Shown here in pieces: positions 39,391 through 53,096 of a DNA stretch of 64,000 nt. Below the pieces are notes generated by a model. The model saw nothing but the letters and a program-made list of their open reading frames with translations, did no database searches and was not told the DNA's origin. Location of the stretch: contig JAAOMT010000618.1 in assembly GCA_016748015.1 (NCBI GenBank), forward strand, positions 65,301 through 129,300. The letters are read 5' to 3'. Numbering within the stretch: the first letter of the stretch is position 1; every line of letters starts with the position of its first letter. The stretch comes from Geosiphon pyriformis uo1 (lineage: Eukaryota > Fungi > Glomeromycota). The position numbers and the translations under genes are program-made.

Positions 39391-41019
39391 GTTATTATAA
39401 TATATATTTATTAAAATATTAAAAAAAATTACTAAATTATAAAATAATATTATAATAAGTTATATAGAAAAAGAGTTTTTTTTGAAATAATATATTTTAA
39501 CTTAAAATTATTTTACTTTAAATTTGAAATATTAAATAATTAATTATTATAAATCAATAAATTAATTCTTATTTTAAAAACCAAATTTTTTTAATAATTA
39601 ATATTGCTTCAAATTTTCAAACTTTAATTAATATTTTAAAATTAATTAGCTATTAATTTTAAGTTAAAACAAAAGATATTTTATTGTTTTTGTTTTTGTT
39701 TTAATTTTAATTTTAATTTTTTTTATATTATTAAAGAGCTTATAATTAAAATTTACTATAAAGTAATTATACAAAGTAATTATATAAAATCGGCTATTTT
39801 ATTATAAATTTAACAGCACAAATAATTAAAATATAAAAAAATACTTTAAAAATATTAAAAGTTTAATAGTTTCTATTAATAATAAATTTAACAACAATTT
39901 AATATTAAAATATTAAACAAAAATAACTAAAATTTTTGATAATATTTAGTGTTTTCTTAAAAATTAATACAGTAAAATTTATTTAAAATAGTAATTGTAT
40001 TTAATACAACAATTTTAAAATATTATTAATTAATTTATATATATTACAAATTAAGATTTAAAATTCAAGATAAATTATAATTACAAAAAAACTTTTTATT
40101 ATAAATTAAATTAACAATTATTTTTTTAAAACTACAATATTACAAATCAAACAAAATTTTTTCACTATTTAATTTATTATTTACATATTTTCAAGAATTT
40201 AATTACAATATTATATATTTTTATGAAAAAAAAATCCAATTAATTCTTAATTCTTTTTTAATTTAGAATTAAAAACCAAAATTAACAACAACAAAAAAAC
40301 AAAAAAACTTTAAATTAGCCAAATAATTTATAATATATTAAAAATAATTACTAAACATTTATAAATATTTAAACAAAAAACTAGCAATAAATTACTACTT
40401 TTAATTAAATTAAATTTGTATAATATACAAATATAAGTAAATAAATGATTAAATTATGTAATATTTAAAACTATATAATATTTAAAAATTTGTTAAAATA
40501 ATTAAAAACTTGCTAAAATACTTAATAATTCATTAAAATAATTTTTAATTTGCTAAAATATATATTTAGTTTATTAAAATATTAACAAAAAAAATATTAA
40601 TCTTAAAATAGTATTATAATAAATTACATAAAAAAAGTTTTTTTTTTAATAAAATATATTTTATCTTAGATTTAATATATTAAATAATTAATTATTATAA
40701 ATTAACAAAATAAAATTTATTTTTAAAAATCAATAATTTCTTAATAAGTAAAATACTATTATTAATTTTAATAATTATTTAAATTTAAACCAATAATATT
40801 TTTTAATATTTTTTTATTTATTATTCTTTTTATTTACTTTTCTATATTATTAAGTAATCTATAATCGAAATTTTTTGTAATTAAAATTTATAGTCTTATA
40901 TATTTTAATTATAGTATTTTATTATATTTATAAATTAAAAGTAGTTATTTTGTGCTAATTTAATATAAAAATTAAAATACTATATTATTATAATTTAATA
41001 TAACATATTAATAAATAAT
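39391..41019. repeat. AT-rich tract containing two copies of a decayed repeat
   Basis: 39400-39500 matches 40560-40670 directly. 39600-39660 is an inverted match to 27986-28050. Confidence 0.7.
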
Positions 41020-44000
41020 TTTTTTTTCCATTTTGTTTAATGAGTGCAGTCCAACCACTATCTAGTATACAGATGCAAGCTAAGTGAATTTAACTAAATG
41101 TGACTCACGCATTTACTATATGTGATCAGCCATTCAGGCCAATCTAGGCAACACTACACACCTACATAAACTTTGATATTATCACAAATACCAGAAAAAA
41201 AAAGGCTAGCCTTACACAAACCAAACCTGACAGCAAACACCTTATCTATCCCAAGAAGACGAACAACTCCACCAGACAAATGTTTAATAGAATCAGCTGA
41301 AAGACCAACAGAAATTTCCAAAGCACAAACCAAATCACAATGTTCTATGTCTACTCTAAACTTAGCCCTGGTCAACCACAAATCACACCAGTGTTTTTCT
41401 GCCAGGCATCAAACAAAATCAGCCACCACCAAAACAGTCCGATTACGATCCTTGAAATGTGCTGTAGCTTCATTGACCCATTTTCTCAGTACAAAGCCTT
41501 TACACAATCGCATATACACTCCTGAATTATGACAACCAGCAAGTAGAGTACACAACATAGAAGAGGATGCCGAAGAGCAGTCCACCAGCAACAACTTCCA
41601 CAAAGCAATCCTGTCCAACAAAATATCAATATGCACAGCTGCCTTACTTCGACAAGTAAACACATGATCCAACAATTCAATATCACCATACATTAAACAA
41701 AAAACCCCAAGATAACATTTATCATACAATTTTTTATGAATGGCAACTGGTAACTTCCTATGGACCACTTTTATTAAGTAGGTATGGAGAATAGCTGAAG
41801 CTTGGCTTGTAAAGCCCGATAGCATGTGAGAGTCTGGGTGCCAAACTGAAGCTGTACACTTCCAATCAACCCTCACAATCAGCTCTTTATCAATCACCAC
41901 AGAGCCAGGACCAGCCTCCTATTGAGCACAACAAATAGACCTATAAATATCCCGAACAAAATGTCAAGCATTGCCCAAGACAACTTGACCACAAGCCATG
42001 ACGTACCTTTTCCGAACACTTATAGAAAAAGACAAATTGGAGTGAGTAGCATGCCCAGCCAAAGCATTGGCCTTGTCATTGTGAGCATCATCTAAATGGC
42101 CCTTCACTTTTACCCACCCAACAGAAAGATTTTTATCCTCAATCAACTTGCAAATATAATGCCTCTCCACCCAACATTTGTTCCTAAAATCAAGAGCAAT
42201 TAAACCCAATTCTAAAGCACATGCATCAATAACAGCCTGACTATCAGTGTTAATAACAACCAAGCATAAAGAAGGAACACATTCCAGTACCAGGACTACA
42301 ACATGAAGTTCAGTCATAGTAGAAGAAAGCAATCTACTGACCTCAATGCCAATACCCACACCAGCATCGGAAAAATAAGCTGCAGCCCCACCTACAACCT
42401 CAGCAATACCCAAATGAAACAGAGAACTATCAGTATACATTGCAAAGGCATCAGACCAGGACTCATGTAAACATTTCTGAACAACCAAATATCTTTCCGA
42501 ATCAAAAAAGTTTGAGCCACTAGAGACTGTAGACAGACCACCAGAAATGAGATGATGACCATTCATGAATGCAGAAACTTTGAAGTACCACAAGGGTACA
42601 GAACCTCTGGAACTTAGTCTCTTCCAGTGGCGAAAAGTCCTCCAACTGAGAACCGATCCATCTTTGCCCAATAACCTGTTACCAAAAGCAACACCAAAAC
42701 ACTTTAAAGAGAGAACCACACCAAAATAAAAGGAGCTACCCAAGATTGTTGACACAGAAAAGTGACCAGCATCATGAAAAGCACAAGGCAAATTGTTGGC
42801 CAAATATATATCATTGTCCAAAAAAATTCTAACCATACCAGTGAGAAAATTGTTAAAAGAACTAACCCTCAACTTAACAAGATGTCGCAAGGGGTTTAAT
42901 AGAACCCACTCTAATATCTATAGATCCAAAAAACGGTGTTCAAACAAACACCCCAGAATACTAGGCACATTTGAGAACCAAACCAATAAAGCCACCTTTC
43001 CTTTAGCCTGGATCTGTTCAAAAGTCTTTACACCATAAAAGGAGGGATAATGTAAAGCCTTACTGGAAAAATTTCGAGACAAATTTGCTTTAGATTTGAG
43101 ACTCTTCCTCAACATAACATCCCATTTCAAGCAGACACTCTTAGAAACAAAGCTGAATTGTGTGCAATAGCTGACAATGGGTTGCAGAACCAAAGACACC
43201 AAGTATACAAATTGTTTATCCATCAAAGCTTTCCTGAGAACCATATTGGAAAAGAACCTGACATCCAACTGAGCTTTGGCTAAACTGGGTTTAAACAACC
43301 TGTCTGTTGACAAAAAATGCCCAGATATCTGTGAGCCTCACCCTGTTTAGCAATAGAGATAGATAGTCCATTAATATACAGAGACACATTCGAAACTCTT
43401 TTGTTAATAAGAATTGCCACAGTTTTATCACTGTTAATTGCGATATCATTGATCTCAAAAAATTTGCCCACAATATCCAAGATATGTTGTGTCAATGCTT
43501 GACTATTACCAATCCAGATAGTATTATTCACAAATGCACCTGCTGTAAAAAATGAAGACTGACCACCACTAGACTTAATTCTGCCAGATTTCACTATAAA
43601 GTTGGTATTGATTCTGTAACCATATAAATGTTCATGATCTTTAACCTCGCACAACAAAGGGTCATAAAAAATCCTCCACAAGAGAAGAGAGAAGACCTCT
43701 CCTTGATCCAAACCATCCAACACATTGTATCCATCCGAGAGGCCAAAATCAGTCATCACTCTATTAATTCTGCCTACATATAAATTTCTGAAAAATGACA
43801 CAAATCTGTCACATATTTTAATTTGCTTCAAACTGGCTTCTAACTGCCACCAACCAACAGAATCATAGGCCTTACACATATTCTGCAACACCAACCAAAC
43901 CTCCTTATTTTTTTCCAGAGCATCTTTTACAATCGAATCAACAGTGAAAACCAGAGATTGAGTGGAAGTACCCTTCAAAACTAAGAAATTATCACTTCAG

Positions 44001-47000
44001 AGAACATCAAATCTGGAACAGGCTGAAGAAATACAGTCAGACAATAATTTAGAGAGTATTTTTCTGGCAGTCTTGATTAACACAATGGGCCTTGTATTCG
44101 TAAGAATGCTATCCCATTCATATGGTTTGGGGATCATAGAAACCCAAGCTCTTTTCCAAAGGACTGGAACCTTACTGATATCTAGACAAAAATTCAAGAG
44201 ACCTAACAAACACTTAAGCATATCATCACTACAATGTTTCCATAGCTCGTTAGAGATACTAAACAAGCCAGCTGCTTTGCCATCAGGTAGATCCAAAATT
44301 ACTTTCACCAATTCACTGAAATAGATGTCATTCATGACATCAGAGAAGGCATCATCTCTCACATAATCCAAAGGTGCATATTGGTGAGTCCACCTGGAGG
44401 GCATTACTGAAGGTAATATACACTCCCTTGTCTAGTTAACCATGATACTGTCGACCCTGCTTTTTACCTCAATTGGATCCAAAACCAGTTCATCGCCTAT
44501 GACCAAGTGGTCCAAAACAACTTTACAAAAAGGCCACTCCAAAATACTCCTAATTATGCCACCTTTGTTAGAACTGAAATTCTCCATGTGTTTATTGATA
44601 GCACTCCAGATTGCTGTATTCTTTACTATTCTGGATTCATAATACTTAGACTTCTTATAACACTTCCTAACCTGAGACAGATGCTTGAAAACCTCCACTG
44701 AATCAGCCCCATTTTGAACCAAAAAATCAAACTTGAAAGCCTCTTTATAATCAACTAGAAACCATCTCTTGATTAGACGATCACACTTATGCTTATCACC
44801 TGTATTTAAACTCTTGATGATCTTTGCCACCAACAATTCAAGTCCAAGGAACTTTGATGAATATCTGTTTCTTAAACAGTCAAATTCACTAAACCAGTGT
44901 CTAGAAAACATAGCATCAGCAGCTCTTACCATAATTCCACACAACACGTTCCACATCTCATCCAGATTACCAAGAACCTTAGCACTCAAGAAACTGCTTA
45001 TGATTAAAGACAGAGCAGCAGACACATTATCCTTAAAACATAACCATTTGAGAGGGTCAGCATTCTTAAAGTCAAACTTCCATCTGTCTCTGTTGGTTTG
45101 TTTGCGAATACTGTTTAGTTAAACATCAAAAAAACCCCCCAATCCAATTGAAATTGAAATCATCTTATGGTCCATGTCAAAAAACTCCAAAACCATGCCA
45201 ATGTTTTGCTTCATCAGAGCAGAAACTAAATTTTTACTGACAAAAATATAATCAATAACTTTTTTCACATTTCTGAAATTGCTCCATATAAGTGAACTAA
45301 CCAAAGAATGTTTTTTGAAAGAGTTAACAAGACCTAGATCCACGCATTTTCTAAGACTAGCACTTTTCTTGGTATCTGATTCATTGAAGTCCCCATCCAA
45401 GATAACAAAAAAACTTGAGTTGATAGCACTAGCAATCAAGGAGTTGACAACAAGAGCCTGACCAAAACACACACCAGCAAACACACCTGTGTAGATACCC
45501 ATAATTGTAACCGAAAGTTTGCCCTTAAACAAGAGCCGAATTGAAATCAACCGACCAGGAATCTCATCAATCTTTGAAACATGCTGAGCCACAGAAAAGT
45601 TCATAATAACAGCCACGCCAGTACCAGAAGAACCTGTATCAAGACCTGACATGAAAATGCGAACACCAGAGAACTTATTCATGATCCACGGCTTAACACC
45701 AGATTTTAACTTTGTCTCCGTAATGATAGAAATGTTATTTCCAGACTCCATGTGTCATCTAACTACATCACCTTGTTTGGCAGAAACATTTACACCTCTC
45801 ACATTACATGTTACAATTCTCCAAACCAAACTGTTCATTAAGATAAAGAAGAGACTACAGAACTCGAGCCAGCACACATCTAATCTAACTTCTCCAATAC
45901 TGAACAAACTGAAACTTTAAGAGCCATCAACTTCAACTCCAACCAGTTCATTTTTGAAGTCAAAATTTTTGAACTACTTGAACCTAAATTTGAGACACCA
46001 GAGGAAACTGAAAAGGGAGGAAAAACCACAGGCTTAGGATCATTCAGAACCATATCTGAACCAAATTCTACATTTGCTGTAACAAGAATAACCAAGGGCT
46101 GAGAAGAAAAGACAAGAGCCATGGGCACCAGATTCAAATTGTCAAGTTTGTTTACAATACCAGACACCTTATCTGTGAGAAGTTCCAAAAAATGCTCCAA
46201 AGAAATGAGACAAGTTTCCAAAAATGAATTAACAGGAACCACAAGAGACGAGTAACCAACCACATCTGAGGCACCAAAAGAGAAGCCAAAACCAGAACCA
46301 GAACCAAAATGAGGACCATTAGACAAAGATACCAGAGAGACAACCTGGACCCATGATTTGTCACCAAATGCAGCCAGTCAAGAAATAGGCACACTCTTTT
46401 TCACATATAGCTTGGCCAACTGGAGGCAGTTCTCATCAGAAACAACTCTTTTAAATGACTTGAAAAGTTTAGGAGAAGTTGAGATCTCAGCATCACACTT
46501 TAGAACAAAATGACCAAGTTTTCCACACCGTTTACACCGAACCAGATCCAATCTAGCCCAAAAAAGTTTCACCCCACCAAAAATAGGCTCCATACAAAAC
46601 GCAGACTCCAATATCTTATCATTTTCAAAACAAACCACAGCACAATGAACTCTATTGCCAGTGTCTAAGAATCGATTTATGACACAAGTTTTTTCACCAG
46701 CTCCTGCCAAAAGATTACCAAGATCATAAGCCATTGTTTCCACCAGCAAAGTAAACAAAAGCGCCTTATACCGATCTCTAGATGTCTATGTCTTATGATC
46801 CCCTACAGCTTTGACCACGCGCACTGAATTTTTCCCAATTAAGAATAACTACTCAGCTGCCAACTGATCTGCCTGACTCGATTCGGCAAACTCCATTACA
46901 GCCTTCTGCCACAGCCTAATGAGTTGCAATCAGATTGACACCACTTGACCAAACTCAGATACTGTGGTGACAATCATTTCTTTTGGCATATCTATGGGAA

Positions 47001-47812
47001 TTTTTTTGATTACTACGGCCTGATCTGAAGGAAATCCTTGTCTCTTAAGATCACTGTTTACAATGATGTTGTTATTTTTGGCCAATGAGGCAGCCTTCTC
47101 CATGCTTGCTTCAGAGGTGAAGGTAGATCTGATGATCTCTTCAAATTTTGAAGAGGTAGTGGCCCCTCCAAAACCATTGATTCCTGAAAATAATTTTCTT
47201 ATGACCTGAGTTTTGGTCGTTGTTGATTTCTTTTCTACAGCCGAAAGATTGATGTCCAAAGTGAAAGATTTTTTCACAGCTACTTCCACCTGAGTTCTAA
47301 TGATTTTGGGATCAATCCACGCCTTATCCAAAGAGAAAGACTTATGGGAAGAAAGAAAAACCTCTTCTTCCTCCTCCATGTCATAATTAATAGAGCCGAG
47401 AAGGGAGCCAATAATTGCACTATTATTGAAACACTTGGCTTGGGGTGTATTTATCTTGAAATCAGATACTTCTTCACTTTCGGAAGCCTTCTCATCAGTA
47501 TCTATGCTATTAGACTGCCTGATCACTTGACCAGACCTATTACCTTTGAGAACCACACCTTTACTTGAGAGCTTAACACCACCGGGAGGTATTTTAATCT
47601 TATAACTTGAATCACTACCAACTGAACTAGAAGTTGGAACTCTGGTCGACCTTTTTTTAGCACCAGTATCACTCATGGGAGCAGTCAAGACAACAATAAA
47701 AGGATTTGGTTCTTGTAAAGTGTTGGAAGACAGTATGAAATAACAGAAAAAACTTCTTTTAAAATATGATTCTTTTTCAGGAATTTGGGATGAAAGAGAG
47801 AAAAAAGATCTT
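41020..47812 (-). mobile_element. full-length degenerate non-LTR retrotransposon (LINE copy C), same architecture as B but a diverged subfamily
   Basis: ORF1 ~47676-45838 (CKRCGKLGHFVLKC). ORF2 from ATG 45838: MNSLVWRIVTCNVRG, TRPIVLI, QNMCKAYDSV, GLDQGEVFS, AFVNNTIW, MYTDSSL, KVKGH, through to 41154. Poly(A). Candidate TSD ATAAATAAT at 41011-41019 and 47813-47821 (low complexity). Confidence 0.93.
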
Positions 47813-49686
47813 ATAAATAATAATAAAAAACAAAATTATATAACAATAAAAATAATTAAAAAGTAATTAAATTTTAACAAGCAAATTAAATAAATAAAAT
47901 TTAATATACAAATTAATTTTATAATATTTTAATTATTATTTTTTTCAAAAGATAACAAAAAAATAAAAAAATAATTTATATTGTTAATAAAAAATAATAC
48001 ATTAATATAATTTTATATTTTATGTTAATACTTTTAAAATTTAATATCAAAAATTATTTGGATTTTTAATAAGTATTTATTCAATATATTTTACAATATA
48101 ATTATACAAATAAAAAAAAATTAAAAAAAATAAAAAGTTAAATAAAACAAATAATATTTACATAATTTAAAACTTATATTTTTTATTTATAATATTTATT
48201 ATATATATATTTTTTAATTAATAATAATTATAAAAGTTAAATAACAACAAAAATTTCTTAAAGACATAAATATTTAAAGTAATCTAATTATCTAAGTTAA
48301 TTAAAATCTTATTAAAAAATAAAACACAATTTAATAGTAAAGTAAAACTTATAAAGCTTAGTTGCTTAATAAGTTTTTTTATTTTAAATACAATAAACAT
48401 AATATTAATAACATTAAATTTTATATTTATTATATTTTTAATAAATATAATTTTATTAATATAAAAAATCTATTTTGAAAATTTAAACCAAATATTTTAA
48501 TAATTTTAGAAATTAATAAATTAAATTTGAATAATTTAAATAATATTTTGGTTTTAATATTATTAAAATTATAAGACCAAATTTTTTTGAATATTTATTA
48601 ATTAAATTATATATAATATTATAAATAAAAATCTATATTAATTTTATATTACCAACATTTTTAAAATTATAAAAATTAATTATTTTTAACAAAAAAACAT
48701 TTTTAAAATAAGTTTACTTAATATTATTTATATTTTTATCAATTTTTATTTATTTTTTTTTGTAAAATAGTTAATTATATATTTAGAAAACTATTTAATC
48801 TAATTAAAATAAAAATATTTTTGTAATTAATATTAAAAAATTATTTATATTTAAAATTTTTTAACTAATTATATTAATATTTAATAATACAAAAAAAAAT
48901 ATAATTAATTGTTTTTTTAATTTTTTGAGAATTTTTTTATATTATTGTTTTAATTATAGAATAATCCAATAAAAAATTAACCAAATTAAAATTTATTTAT
49001 TTTTTAAAGTTAATATATTTCTTAAAATTATTTTTATTAAAGTTATTATTTAAAATTACAAAAAAACTCTTATTTATAATCTTAATTATCAAAAAATCAA
49101 TATTTTTAGCTTAAATTATATTGTTTTAAAGAAGTATTAGTATAAAGCTCCAAAATTAAAACAAAAAACTTATTTTTAAATAACAATTTAATTATCAATT
49201 ATTTTAAAAATTATATATATATATGCTAAACCAAATTATTGTTTATGATAATTATAATTTTAGAATCTAAATAATTAATATTTAAACTAAAAATAAAAAT
49301 TTTTATATTATTAAATTTGTTTTTAATTCAAGATTTTATTTAATTATTTAATTTTATTTTAATAATTATAAAATCCAATTTGTTTATATTTTAAAATTAT
49401 TTTATAATATTTTTTGTTTTACAATATTGTTTATGTTTTTAATATTATATATAGTAATTTTTAAATCAAATTAGTTATTAAAAAAGAAAAAAACCAGTAT
49501 TAATACATAATTAATTCAGCTTTACAAACATTAATTAAATAATAACAATAATAAAAATATAAAAATAGTAATTTTTTATGAAAAATTTTGGAAATTTTTG
49601 GTAATTATAATAATAATATTAAAATTAATTTTAATTAAAAATTATATATTTGTAATTTTATTTATAATAGTATTAATAAGATATTG

Positions 49687-49717
<31 letters not shown>

Positions 49718-50240
49718 ATAAAATAAAATTTTTAAGATATTAAATATAATAATAAAATTATTTTATTACTGAATTAAGTAGTCATTTAAATAAATTAATC
49801 AAATACTATAATAAAAATAATTGTTTATAGATAAATAGATGTATACATATTTTAGATTTTTGAAAAAAATTCTAAATAAAAATTTCTTTAACATTAAATT
49901 ACCAACTTCAAAAAATATTTTAATTATTTAAATTAATTGCAAATAATATGTTATTTAAGAAATTATGTATATATATTTTAACAAAGGTATAATAAAAATA
50001 AATGAATAATTAATACACCTGGTTTCTTATTTTTATCAAATTTCATATACATTTCAAATTGGTTTTTTTTTTGAGATAAAAATTAAACAATATTTTCAAC
50101 ATATTGTATTTTTTGTGTTTAAAAGATTTTTCACTGAAAATTCAAATATCATTTTATTAAATTGTAGTGTAATGCTTAAATCATTAATTTTATTTTTGAA
50201 TCTTTAATTCTAATATATATATATATATATATATATACAT
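47813..50240. repeat. AT-rich tract with (AAAAT)n at ~49692-49728 and (TA)n at ~50213-50236
   Basis: Base composition and visible microsatellites. Confidence 0.7.
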
Positions 50241-50830
50241 TCACTTTAAGTTTGAATTTAACACATTGAGATTCGAAAGTTTACGGTTGAAAAGCGTCCG
50301 TTAATAAAACTTTTCTATTTTAATGTTAAACAAATCACAATAACAAATATATAGTTATTTTCATAAAAATATCTATTATTAAAGCATAATCTCGAAATTA
50401 TTTTATTTCAAAATATAAAGCCAAATAAATAAAATTATTAAATAAATTAAAGGCTTAATATCTAAGTAAATTTATGTCGAGTTTAATTCAATATAAATTG
50501 ATTAATAAAGGTTATTTTTTTAATAACTCGTTTAGGCAACAAGACAATAAGACAATGGGGAAACTTGTTTAGCGTCCTTCTTTGTGTACTATTGCTACTT
50601 ATTTTTAGTATGATTTGTAACGAATCACAGTCTGATGAATAAGGTTAATAAATTGATTTGTTATATTATATGCGAACATGGAAGAAACAACATAAAATAA
50701 GAACTCGTCTTTAGACAAATAACTTTCTAAACGTGACTATCAAATAAACCTTTTAAAGAAACCCTCTTTCGAATAATAAGACTTATTCAAATTTTATCCT
50801 TCTATATATCTTTTGTTCTTTATTCACATT

Positions 50831-52580
50831 ATGGAAAACAAAGAAATTAATAGATATCATCTAGATGCTCATGATTGTAATAAATGTGATAGATGTCAAC
50901 GGAGTATTCTAAATAATATTTATAATTATTGTATTGTATGCCAATTCATATTTTTTAAAAAACATTATAAGGACTTTTCAAGCGGCAATGAAGAAGTTGA
51001 TGAAATAATTAAGAATCCAATCTATATTCCATCTAATGATGAAGATAACTATCATGATAGATTGAATTACTATGAATGGATTTCATGGGAGCGTTTGTTG
51101 AATATCAAGGAAATTGCTAGAGGAGGGTTCGGTATAATTTATAAAGCAACCCTAATTGATGGATTAATTGATTCATTGAGTATAAAGCATTATGGTTCAA
51201 TGGAATATGAAAGAGACAGAATAGGCAAAGAAGTAGCAATAAAATTTATAAAAACCAACGGTTCAGAAGTGATTAAAGAGGTAAAAAAAATTATTATTAT
51301 TATTATTATTATTATTATTTATATTTACTGTTTAATTCATATTTACCTATTATTTATTTATTTACTGTATATTATCTATTCACTTTTTTACACTGTGTTG
51401 ATAGTTAAATATTCAAAGAGGTATGTTAATCAAGGGCTATCTATTCAATATCTCTTCAATATATGGGATTACGCAAAACGCTGAAACACTCGAGTATGGA
51501 ATTGTGATGGAGTTTGCCAATCATGGAGACCTGAGAATATATTTATCAACAAATTTTCATTCTGCGAGTTGGCTTGATAAATTAAGGATCGTTCATGGAA
51601 TAGTCAACGGGCTTGAGGAGATTCATTCTTCTGGTACGGTTCATCGTAACCTACACCCGGGCAACATCCTACTTGTAGAAAATCTATTTGGCTGTAAGCC
51701 TAGAATTGGAGACCTCGGATTATCTCAACCTACAAACCCTCAAACAACAACAGAAACAACGGCATCAACATCGAACTCAGAAACGACAACAAGTTCAAGA
51801 ACAACAGCAGCAGCAACAACAACAATAACAACTACAACAAAAACAATAACAACAATAACAACAAAAACAACAACGGATGAGAAAAGATATATGGAGTGAT
51901 TCCATACATCCCACCAGAAGTTTTAAAAGGAGAAAAGTTTACAACGGCTGGTGATATTTATAGTTTTGGCATGATATTATGGGAATTAGTAACAGGAAAA
52001 CCTCCCTTTCATGATTATTCTCATGATAATATCCTTATAATGGCTATTTTAAATGGGGCTAGGCCTAAGATTACCTTCCCACTTATTCCACCTTCAATTG
52101 CCGAAATAATTAAAAAGTGTTGGCATCCTAATCCTAAGAATCGTCCTACTGCCAAGGAAGTTGAAAAGAAGTTGGAGGAACTTGAATATATAGATGAAGA
52201 GTTTGAGAATGAGAATCAGTTTAAAGAATCAGAGAAATACGTAAAAGAAATGTTAAAGAACGACTCAAAAACAACAACTCACATTCATCCAGGAGCAGTT
52301 TATACAAGTCGCCCTTTAATTTTGCAAATGATGGATTTTTCTAAAGGTTAGTTGATTTGATTTGATTTGATTTAATTCATAAAAGATAAACTTTTTAATT
52401 GATCATTCCTTTGATTTAATTATTACATATTAAAAATTTACCTTAATTTATTTTACTTTATAAAAGAATTAGTCTATTTGCCTGAAGGTAAGAAATTATA
52501 TCTATCATTAATCATTAATCATTATGTTCACATTTAACACTTATTTTTTTTACTTTTTAATATATTTAGACGATTCTTAA
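50831..52580 (+). pseudogene. tyrosine-kinase-like (TKL) protein kinase of the expanded Glomeromycota type; frameshifted, HRD changed to HRN
   Basis: Contains SSGNEEVDEII, EWISW, IARGGFGIIYKA, VAIK, VMEFANHGDL, HRNLHPGNIL, IGDLGLS, YGVIPYIPPE, DIYSFGMILWE and CWHPNPKNRPTA. Intron 51281-51404; probable short terminal exons 52467-52487 and 52570-52580. A 1-nt frameshift lies at ~51880-51885. Confidence 0.8.
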
Positions 52581-53096
52581 TCGATTAATTTTATTAGTTA
52601 GTTTATCTTTTTCATTAATTATAAAAAAAATAAAAAATTTATGAATTTATTTTAATATTTTAAAGTATACATATTTTTATTAATTTATTATAAATGGTAT
52701 TTTCTCTTACTTAAAAAATATCAAAATAAAACTACTTATTCAAAAATTTTTAATAATTTGTAGTTGGTTTTAAATATTATTAAAGCTATTAGTGTTTTTA
52801 AAAAAAAAGTGCTTTGATTTTTATTAGATTAATTCAATTTTTAAAATTAAGTAACTCAATAAGTTGATTAATTAAAACATATATAAAATACAACTTGTTT
52901 TGTTTTTAAAATTAGTAAAATTCAATATATTAAGCAAATTAATTAAAGCCAGTTTTAATTAATATATTAATATTATTTTTATTTAAAAAAAAGTTATTGT
53001 TTATAAACAAATTCAAATTAAATATTATATTAATAAAATTATAATAAAACTGGTTTAAATATTAAAAAAATTGAATAAAACCAATTTTTTATTTTT

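Noticed and set aside
41020-41156. Hammerhead or HDV ribozyme in the LINE 3' UTR
   Set aside because: No conserved CUGANGA...GAAA core or HDV nested pseudoknot is visible across copies.
31719-47688. Dozens of 60-300-aa ORFs as independent genes
   Set aside because: They are fragments of LINE ORF1/ORF2 split by decay stops, or their antisense shadows.
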